A stretch of 39,275 nucleotides of DNA from IMG/VR virus record IMGVR_UViG_3300029566_000030, one strand, 5' to 3'. Under the pieces are notes generated by a model that worked only from the letters and a program-made list of their open reading frames with translations, searched no databases and was not told the DNA's origin. The stretch comes from a virus. Below, piece by piece: positions 1 through 5,445 of the stretch (positions within the stretch are counted from its first letter, which is position 1; every line of letters starts with the position of its first letter). A program made the position numbers and the translations under genes.

Positions 1-99
1 TGAGCGGCATATTCGTTGAACCATTGCTCGGCAAAGGCTTCGAATTTGATATGCCCGGCGCAGACGCCGCCGCGGCACTCCTCCTCAAAGAGAACCATT
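1..99. repeat. Terminal direct repeat copy 1 (identical to 39177-39275); overlap of a circular contig
   Basis: Bases 1-99 (tgagcggcatattcg...agagaaccatt) recur exactly at 39177-39275. The identity stops exactly at both window edges. Confidence 0.95.
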
Positions 100-248
100 T
101 GCCGCTGCAGCTCTTTCTCAATCTGCCGCTCTGACATGCCGGGCGTCGGCTTCCATGTCATGGACGGGCGAACCTGCTTGCCAGAGACGGTGAGGCCGCT
201 GGATGCTCTGATTAGGTATGCGTTGCCTCGTTTGGTATATGTAGCCAT
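1..248 (-). CDS. int: Tyrosine integrase, N-terminal arm-binding part; the same gene as 38240-39275 joined across the circular junction
   Basis: Minus-strand ATG at 248 follows AAAGGAG at 7 nt. It translates to MATYTKRGNAYLIRASSGLTVSGKQVRPSMTWKPTPGMSERQIEKELQRQ and runs in frame (150 nt) into MVLFEEECRGG, the start of the ORF at the window end. Confidence 0.85.
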   Translation of the reverse strand, partial: MATYTKRGNAYLIRASSGLTVSGKQVRPSMTWKPTPGMSERQIEKELQRQMVLFEEECRGGVCAGHIKFEAFAEQWFNEYAA

Positions 249-266
249 AAAATAACTCCTTTCATC

Positions 267-295
267 TTGTCAACCGCGCCCTCTCGTGGTAAGAT
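267..295 (+). promoter_or_regulatory. Candidate sigma-A type promoter (TTGTCA-17 nt-TAAGAT) in the cI-int spacer, pointing antisense to both genes
   Basis: TTGTCA at 267-272, a 17-nt spacer, TAAGAT at 290-295. A 7-bp inverted repeat GCGCCCT/AGGGCGC spans it. Confidence 0.35.
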
Positions 296-301
296 GAAAG
301 G

Positions 302-421
302 GCGCGGAGGGATGGATAGACTCCTTTCTTCTTTCATTTCTTCTTTCGTGGTTGTTAGGGGATATGTTTGCGCACTGCCGTCCTCGGTGTTGGTAGCACC
401 GAGGACGGCGTTTTTTATTTT
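302..421 (+). ncRNA. Candidate ~115-nt antisense sRNA (putative promoter to strong terminator), CU-rich body
   Basis: No credible ORF or RBS. The body contains ctcctttcttctttcatttcttctttc (anti-SD-like). It is bounded by the promoter candidate and the 376-421 terminator. Confidence 0.3.
376..421 (+). terminator. Strong plus-strand intrinsic terminator abutting the repressor stop codon
   Basis: A 13-14 bp stem (377-389 pairs with 397-410) with a 7-nt loop, followed by TTTTTTATTTT. On the minus strand there is no U tract after the hairpin, so cI-to-int readthrough remains possible. Confidence 0.8.
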
Positions 422-1457
422 ATCCCGGATAGCTGCCGAGAACACGGCCCAGGGTATAAAGGGTATCGCCTTCGGAGACGATGATATCTTTGTAAGCTTG
501 GTTGAGCGAGTGCAGACGTACTGTGCCGTTCTCTCGATCTACAATAAGCTGCTTGATATAGGAGTTTCCGTTCAGGGCGAATATGCCGATCTCCCCGTCA
601 TTGAGGACCGGCGTAGACTGGACGAATGCCGTGCTTCCGTTTTTGAACTTCGGCATCATCGAGTCGCCAGAGATCGGAACGCCATAGTTTGTTCCGGATG
701 GGATTATGCCGGAAGGATATTGCTCCATGTGCGTAACAGGCGTATCACTCAAGTAGTTACCGAGGCCTGCAGCGGCAGCTTCTTCAAAAACTGTAAGCTC
801 GTCGAAATTGTCCTCCTTGCGGTGGTTGATCTTCGCCTTCGGAAAGGGGAGAACGGTTTGCTTAACGGGGGCGGGCTTCGTGTCAGATTTAAGGGGGTCG
901 ATTTGAGAGTTACTGCACGGGAGTTCATCTAAATCTTCCACATAAGGATCCAGCGCGGTATCCACAATGTTGCGGATCGGCTGTCCGGCCTTCAGGTAAG
1001 CGTGCAGGAGGAGCATGGTCTTTTCGGCCTGGCTGCCGTCGAACTGGTCAACGGTGCCGATGATATCAGTCAGAGAGAGGGCGACGTTTCGCTCCAAAGC
1101 TTTGTAATATAGCAAGGCGATTCTCTTACTGTCCTCGCAGGCATAGATATTATGGATGCTGTGCTCTGTGCCGAAGAGCCGACGGAGCTCATCTATTGCG
1201 GCGGGGCGACCGGTTTTATTATCATCGGCGATGGCATCTAAGAGGGCCAACGTATCATCGCTATACCCCATCAAATAAGCGGGTGTCACATCAAATATTC
1301 TGGCGAACTCTGCAATTTTCGAGCGGGGCAAATCAACTTTACCGGATTCTATTTTTGCAATAGATGATCTGTCACCATACCCTGCCAGATCGGCTAAGTG
1401 CTGCTGAGACCACCCTCGGGAAGTGCGAAGCGCTTTGATGTTTTCGTGTAATTCCAT
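420..1457 (-). CDS. CI-like prophage repressor: N-terminal XRE HTH, long central helical domain, C-terminal S24/LexA-type autopeptidase
   Basis: MELHENIKALRTSRGWSQQHLADLAGYGDRSSIAKIESGK (HTH). C-terminal GVPISGDSMMPKF...SYIKQL (Ser/Lys dyad). ATG at 1457 is preceded by GAGGAGGGGA. The track ORF start at 1490 lacks an RBS. Confidence 0.9.
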   Translation of the reverse strand: MELHENIKALRTSRGWSQQHLADLAGYGDRSSIAKIESGKVDLPRSKIAEFARIFDVTPAYLMGYSDDTLALLDAIADDNKTGRPAAIDELRRLFGTEHSIHNIYACEDSKRIALLYYKALERNVALSLTDIIGTVDQFDGSQAEKTMLLLHAYLKAGQPIRNIVDTALDPYVEDLDELPCSNSQIDPLKSDTKPAPVKQTVLPFPKAKINHRKEDNFDELTVFEEAAAAGLGNYLSDTPVTHMEQYPSGIIPSGTNYGVPISGDSMMPKFKNGSTAFVQSTPVLNDGEIGIFALNGNSYIKQLIVDRENGTVRLHSLNQAYKDIIVSEGDTLYTLGRVLGSYPG

Positions 1458-1480
1458 TGAAGTCCCCTCCTCAATGAGGA

Positions 1481-1509
1481 AATATATCATGAGCGTGAAT
1501 TTGTGTCAA
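1481..1509 (-). promoter_or_regulatory. Leftward repressor promoter (TTGACA-17-TATATT)
   Basis: The minus strand reads TTGACA (1509..1504), 17 nt, TATATT (1486..1481). It lies directly upstream of the repressor SD. Confidence 0.75.
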
Positions 1510-1552
1510 CATTTTTTTAGATTTCTATAAAAATATGTTGACAATGGTTCAC
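1495..1552. promoter_or_regulatory. 58-bp quasi-palindrome with two mirrored operator-like sites overlapping both -35 boxes
   Basis: GTGAATTTGTGTCAAC (1495-1510) mirrors GTGAACCATTGTCAAC (reverse complement of 1537-1552) around an A/T-rich centre. Confidence 0.6.
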
Positions 1553-1566
1553 ACCGGAGGTAATAT
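1538..1566 (+). promoter_or_regulatory. Rightward early promoter (TTGACA-17-TAATAT)
   Basis: TTGACA at 1538-1543, a 17-nt spacer, TAATAT at 1561-1566. It lies upstream of the cro-like gene. Confidence 0.8.
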
Positions 1567-1572
1567 ATGCAT

Positions 1573-1587
1573 GTGAATTACATTCAC
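1573..1587. promoter_or_regulatory. Perfect palindromic operator GTGAAT-TAC-ATTCAC at the PR start site
   Basis: A 15-bp palindrome lies 7 nt downstream of the PR -10 box. Confidence 0.65.
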
Positions 1588-1614
1588 CACCAAGGCGAAA
1601 GGAGATGATGCGAT

Positions 1615-1821
1615 TTGAATACTGCGGAGCTGAGAGCGGCCATAGCACGGGCCGGAAAGACATATCGCGGCCTTGCCAAGTCCCTTGGTATATCTGAGCA
1701 GGCATTTTACAACAAATTGAATGGCGAAAGTGATTTCAAGGCCAGCGAGATTAAGGTCCTCAGAGGAGAGCTCAATCTGACATCCGAAGAAATCAACTAT
1801 ATTTTTTTCAATGATGCGTGA
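1615..1821 (+). CDS. Cro-like small HTH regulator
   Basis: TTG start 11 nt after AAGGAG. KTYRGLAKSLGISEQAFYNKLNG is an HTH. The position is divergent from the repressor. Confidence 0.8.
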   Translation: MNTAELRAAIARAGKTYRGLAKSLGISEQAFYNKLNGESDFKASEIKVLRGELNLTSEEINYIFFNDA

Positions 1822-1832
1822 ATTTAATTCAC
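1818..1832. promoter_or_regulatory. Second perfect palindromic operator GTGAAT-TTA-ATTCAC at the 3' end of the cro-like gene
   Basis: It has the same half-sites as 1573-1587 and overlaps the cro-like stop codon. Confidence 0.55.
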
Positions 1833-1862
1833 TAAATGCGCTTGGCGGAAAGGAGGGACAGC

Positions 1863-2078
1863 ATGAACGTAAAGAAACAGTATAGCCCGACACTAAGCCT
1901 ATCATTAAAAGGCTGCGCGTTGATCGCCGCAGTAGAAACCGGCCTTCTGCCTGAAACTGAACAGGACGGTCAACCCTGCTACGACACGAAAAAATTCGAT
2001 AAGTTTTGGGCTATGTACACGGAGTTAGCAAAAAAGAGACAGGAGAATATCAGCAAGAAGCGCCACCGCCGCGCCTAA
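1863..2078 (+). CDS. Hypothetical early protein (71 aa, K/R-rich tail)
   Basis: ATG at 1863 follows AAAGGAGGGA. The 3' 54 nt overlap the convergent minus-strand gene. Confidence 0.55.
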   Translation: MNVKKQYSPTLSLSLKGCALIAAVETGLLPETEQDGQPCYDTKKFDKFWAMYTELAKKRQENISKKRHRRA

Positions 2079-2339
2079 AAGCACCAGAAAGACCTGGAAC
2101 GCTTTGCCGTAACGCTCATGTCTGTACTCCGAAAGTGCCTGGCGACCGAGTTCGGTAATTTGATACGCGGAATCGTAAAACTGCACGATACCGGGGCAAC
2201 TTTGTACATCCATTCGAGAGGCTTCAATATATCCACATTTCAGGAGATATTCTTCGATCTCGGACAGCCCTTCATCTCCTATCGGTATTTCGGAGTCTTC
2301 GTATCTTTTTAATTCTTTGTATTGTTCACGAGTAAGCAT
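2025..2339 (-). CDS. Membrane-anchored small protein (soluble N-terminal domain plus C-terminal TM helix), opposite strand within the early operon
   Basis: Strong SD GGGAGGTG before the ATG at 2339. C-terminal VFLVLLGAAVALLADILLSLFC. Candidate promoter TTGCCC-17-TAGACT lies upstream on the minus strand. Confidence 0.7.
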   Translation of the reverse strand: MLTREQYKELKRYEDSEIPIGDEGLSEIEEYLLKCGYIEASRMDVQSCPGIVQFYDSAYQITELGRQALSEYRHERYGKAFQVFLVLLGAAVALLADILLSLFC

Positions 2340-2423
2340 AGCTTCGCACCTCCCTTTACCGCCAGTCTACCACGGCGTAGCGAGGAGGGCAATATCCCCT
2401 AACAACCACGAAAGGAGATCACT

Positions 2424-2663
2424 ATGACACCTACCGAAAAACTGCTCGCTGAGCAGGAGAAAATCGTCGCTGAGCGCGGCTACTACATACGCCCCGTTCG
2501 TATGGCGAATCTGATGAAAGCGGCTTCGAGGATCTTCGATATCCTCACAAAAGCCGATACCGCAATCAGCTATGAAGAATGCCGCATTGTACTGGAGATC
2601 GTGGCGCGAGCCATCGATGCCGCGGCGCCGGATGTAAAGGAGCCGCAGCCATGGCAAGAATGA
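2424..2663 (+). CDS. Hypothetical early protein (79 aa)
   Basis: GAAAGGAGA SD before the ATG. Protein-like composition. Confidence 0.7.
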   Translation: MTPTEKLLAEQEKIVAERGYYIRPVRMANLMKAASRIFDILTKADTAISYEECRIVLEIVARAIDAAAPDVKEPQPWQE

Positions 2664-2845
2664 GAACAGCTGAAGGCGTGATGGCCATTATCCGTGAGCA
2701 GGATCCGAAAACACAGGTCACCGTGCACGCGATTCGGCGCCTGATTGCAAGTGGAAAAGTCCCAGTGACGTGCTGCGGACGGAAATACTTGGTCGATGCT
2801 GATGCAATGATCGAGTTTATAGCGCGAGGAGGTGAGCCAGCGTGA
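2651..2845 (+). CDS. Excisionase-family / MerR-like HTH DNA-binding protein (64 aa)
   Basis: ATG at 2651 follows AAGGAG. VTVHAIRRLIASGKVPVTCCGRKYLVDADAMIEFI resembles Xis-type winged helices. Confidence 0.7.
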   Translation: MARMRTAEGVMAIIREQDPKTQVTVHAIRRLIASGKVPVTCCGRKYLVDADAMIEFIARGGEPA

Positions 2846-3360
2846 ACCGAGGCACCCGCGATACCATCTGCGCCACTATTGGCCTGCTGATTGTAATTGC
2901 TTTGCTGACTACTGTAGCCGCGCTGGACTCTCCTGGTGAAATGGACGAGCCGGATGCGTTATCGTCAGCGGCGCCGGAGCCGCGCGTAGAGATGCCGGAA
3001 GACAGCCTGCCAGCTGAGGAGTATGCGTACTGCAGCGACGTGTGCCTCGGACTGTTTGAGCTTACGGCCTACTGCCCATGCTCAGCCTGTTGCGGCAAGA
3101 ATGACGGTATTACCGCCACCGGCACTGTGGCCACTGAGGGACGTACCGTTGCAGTCGATCCGACCGTTATTCCCTACGGCACAACCATCGAAGTGATCTA
3201 TGCCGATGGCAGCTCTGCGCGCTATGTCGCCGAGGACTGCGGCGGCGCAATCAAAGCCCAGCGCCTGGACGTGTTCTTCGCGGATCATCAGACCGCGCGC
3301 GAATACGGCGTCCGGACGGCCTATGTCTTTCTTGTCCAGGAAGGAGGCGGCAATGAATAA
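2842..3360 (+). CDS. 3D-domain (RlpA-like double-psi beta-barrel) cell-wall protein with N-terminal membrane anchor
   Basis: TM segment ICATIGLLIVIALLTTVAAL. FELTAYCPCSACCGKNDGITATGT...GRTVAVDP...IPYGT...DCGGAIK..RLDVFF is a typical 3D domain. GTG start overlaps the previous stop. Confidence 0.85.
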   Translation: MNRGTRDTICATIGLLIVIALLTTVAALDSPGEMDEPDALSSAAPEPRVEMPEDSLPAEEYAYCSDVCLGLFELTAYCPCSACCGKNDGITATGTVATEGRTVAVDPTVIPYGTTIEVIYADGSSARYVAEDCGGAIKAQRLDVFFADHQTAREYGVRTAYVFLVQEGGGNE

Positions 3361-3622
3361 GGATTGCTCAAAAGTTTCGATTGAGCGTGGATCGGATGGC
3401 AGATTCACGGTGCTGCTGACTGGTAGCAAAGACGATATAAGGATGCTTTGGACCATGCTCAGCGTGAGTGTTTCCAAAGCGACCAAGACCCCGCTTCCTG
3501 TGCTGTGCGCAGTCTGTTCTACCGCAGGCCCAGCTATTGAAAATATGATGGGACGAAATGGCACGACCGTCGACATGAGCGTCCTTGGCAGATTCGCAAA
3601 GGGAAGGGGAGACGCCCCATGA
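3353..3622 (+). CDS. Hypothetical early protein (89 aa)
   Basis: ATG at 3353 follows GGAAGGAGG. ATGAATAA overlaps the upstream stop. Confidence 0.6.
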   Translation: MNKDCSKVSIERGSDGRFTVLLTGSKDDIRMLWTMLSVSVSKATKTPLPVLCAVCSTAGPAIENMMGRNGTTVDMSVLGRFAKGRGDAP

Positions 3623-3834
3623 TCCGCTGCGCATACTGCGACAGCGTTACGCTGGCGCTTGATCTCAATGGCGTCGATGCCCACGTCTGTCCCCTCTGCG
3701 GCGCTGTATTTGCCCGCCGGTACGGAAATACCTATTCCTTCATTGCTGATCTGAAAGGTGCTCAGGGCGTCAAGGAGCTTCTGCACTCTGTGCGACCGCA
3801 CGATCCACTGTATCGGTCAATCATCACAGCGTAG
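3619..3834 (+). CDS. Small zinc-ribbon protein (71 aa)
   Basis: CAYCDS...CPLCG motif pair. ATGA start/stop coupling with the upstream gene. Confidence 0.6.
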   Translation: MIRCAYCDSVTLALDLNGVDAHVCPLCGAVFARRYGNTYSFIADLKGAQGVKELLHSVRPHDPLYRSIITA

Positions 3835-4219
3835 GCCTTGAGAGCTTGGCCCAGATGGTCGAGTTGTCGGGCATGGACTGGCTCTATCATCTGGGCTAAG
3901 CGCCCGAGGGATAGTACCCTCCTTTCTAACAAAAAGCGGCCCCGTAAGCAGCCGCTCGCCGTCTGAGAGATGGTGCCCCAGTGCAATTCTGGCAGGGAGA
4001 CAAGCGGCAGCGCTCATGGTCGATGCATTTCTGGAAAGAAAAGGGGCGGTTCGATTCCGCCCTGCCGCATAGAGGGAGACGTTCCTGCCCTCTGCCGGGC
4101 GTGTACCCGGCACGTCCACTCTTTCACTGCCGAGTGCCGCAGCGCCGACTAACCCTCCCTGCTGCGGTGTCCGGCAGAGGGCAGAAACTCTCTATCCTGA
4201 AGGAAAGGAGGAAACGAAT
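3835..4219 (+). other. 386-nt GC-rich, hairpin-dense noncoding island between the early and recombination operons
   Basis: No credible ORF. Stems include 3849-3857/3888-3896, 3906-3910/3917-3921, 3935-3940/3951-3956, 4094-4099/4106-4111 and 4127-4143/4161-4177. A 14-bp long-range pairing joins 4085-4098 and 4171-4184. Confidence 0.6.
4004..4069 (+). ncRNA. tRNA-like minihelix: 7-bp acceptor stem and canonical T-arm, but no D-arm and a GGAA tetraloop in place of an anticodon loop
   Basis: GCGGCAG (4004-4010) pairs with CTGCCGC (4062-4068). T-arm is GGCGG-TTCGATT-CCGCC (4045-4061). TTTCT-GGAA-AGAAA forms a hairpin. Discriminator is A, with no encoded CCA. Confidence 0.5.
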
Positions 4220-4576
4220 TTGGAAGATCTCAGCAAGCGGTCAATTATTGACATGGCACGCGGTGCCATTAAGGAACGCGTGGACTACGAGATGACCAGA
4301 GTTGTCGAGAATATTCTTGATCCCAACACCTCGGCAACCGCAGCGCGCAAAATCACCATTACACTCAACCTCAAGCCAGACGATACGCGCCAGAACATTG
4401 CTGTAAGTTGTGTGGCCAAGTCCACTTTGGCTGCAACCAACCCCGTCACTACAGCTCTCTATGTCGCCGATGAGGAATCCATCGTTGAGATGGTTCCGCA
4501 GATCCCTGGGCAGTTGGCGGTTGACGCCAGCGAGCAGGAAGCTCCGCCCATGCTCAAGCTCATTCAAACCGCTTAA
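4220..4576 (+). CDS. Conserved-looking phage protein (118 aa), function unknown
   Basis: TTG start 8 nt after AAGGAGG. First gene of the recombination operon. Confidence 0.7.
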   Translation: MEDLSKRSIIDMARGAIKERVDYEMTRVVENILDPNTSATAARKITITLNLKPDDTRQNIAVSCVAKSTLAATNPVTTALYVADEESIVEMVPQIPGQLAVDASEQEAPPMLKLIQTA

Positions 4577-4600
4577 TTTTAGGAAAGGAAGTACATTCCC

Positions 4601-5341
4601 ATGCTCAAAGAAGCCATTCAGTATGTGCTCGAGAATATGCGCCCGGAGGCCCAGAACCTCGGCAATCGCGCATATATCATCACCCAGAAGGGCGCGCAGG
4701 AGGTCATCGAGACTCCCATCGCGCCGGATACCGTTCCCCTGCATAGTCTCGACTCCATCGTGAAGATGATCCGTACCGAGGCTATCCATCTGGCGGATGT
4801 CAATACCCCTGCACTTTTCGTCAATATCCCTTCGCCCACCAATGTGGTCTGCTTCTCTCAGCCGGACTATGAGCAGCGCTGCCACCGCACGGTCTATTAC
4901 TCTGCGGACGCAACTGATGTTCCCGGCTGGGATGCGAAAGTCACGCTCGGCTTTGAAGAGGCCCAGATTGCGCTGCGTACCCGCTTCCAGGAGACCCCAG
5001 ACTCGCTCTATGCGATGAAGCTCGTCAACGACATTTCTCTCGGTGCCAAGGTCATCTACAACGACAACGGTGTTGCCACTACCGTGACCACCCAAAAGGG
5101 CGTCGCACTCCAGACCAATGAGCAGATCCGGCCCATTGTCAAGCTCCGCCCTTATCGCACGTTCCAAGAGGTCGAACAGCCTGAAAGCACGTTCCTCATC
5201 CGCATCAGCGACCGCGGCATTTCGTTCATCGAGGCCGATGGCGGTATGTGGCGCCTGACGGCCCGCAACACCATCAAGGCATTCCTGGAGGAGAATCTTG
5301 CTGCCGAGATCGAGAGCGGCAAGCTCGTTGTCGCCCTGTGA
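4601..5341 (+). CDS. Hypothetical phage protein (246 aa) of the recombination module
   Basis: AGGAAAGGAAG SD. Long ORF with coding-like composition. No family recognised with certainty. Confidence 0.8.
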   Translation: MLKEAIQYVLENMRPEAQNLGNRAYIITQKGAQEVIETPIAPDTVPLHSLDSIVKMIRTEAIHLADVNTPALFVNIPSPTNVVCFSQPDYEQRCHRTVYYSADATDVPGWDAKVTLGFEEAQIALRTRFQETPDSLYAMKLVNDISLGAKVIYNDNGVATTVTTQKGVALQTNEQIRPIVKLRPYRTFQEVEQPESTFLIRISDRGISFIEADGGMWRLTARNTIKAFLEENLAAEIESGKLVVAL

Positions 5342-5343
5342 GC

Positions 5344-5410
5344 AAAAAAATCCCCTGCAGGTCTCACACACCTGCAGGGGAACGATTGGCACCATACCAA
5401 TCCTTAGTTG
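5344..5410 (-). ncRNA. Candidate ~66-nt antisense sRNA (oop-like) with a 5' hairpin and an intrinsic terminator
   Basis: Minus strand: 5' hairpin GATTGG-tatggtg-CCAATC, then an 11-bp stem CCCCTGCAGGT/ACCTGCAGGGG (5352-5380) followed by A then TTTTTTT. Confidence 0.5.
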
Positions 5411-5416
5411 CGCCCT

Positions 5417-5445
5417 ATTGTAAGGGCAGAAAGCGAGTTTGTCAA
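5417..5445 (-). promoter_or_regulatory. Near-consensus minus-strand promoter TTGACA-17-TACAAT overlapping the ATPase start codon
   Basis: Reverse complement of 5401-5447 reads caTTGACAaactcgctttctgccctTACAATagggcgca. Confidence 0.6.

Noticed and set aside
267-932. 221-aa plus-strand ORF across the cI-int spacer and the repressor gene
   Set aside because: It is antisense to the well-supported repressor, has no SD and gives an implausible translation. Only its first ~150 nt are of interest, as a possible noncoding RNA.
4004-4069. Calling this a bona fide tRNA gene
   Set aside because: It has no D-arm, a 4-nt loop where the anticodon loop should be, and only 66 nt. It is reported as tRNA-like only.
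3817-4295. ORFs 3817..4119(-), 3970..4152(+) and 3981..4295(+) in the structured island
   Set aside because: The translations are Arg/Cys/Pro-rich, there are no SDs, and the ORFs overlap strong RNA stems. They are treated as noncoding.
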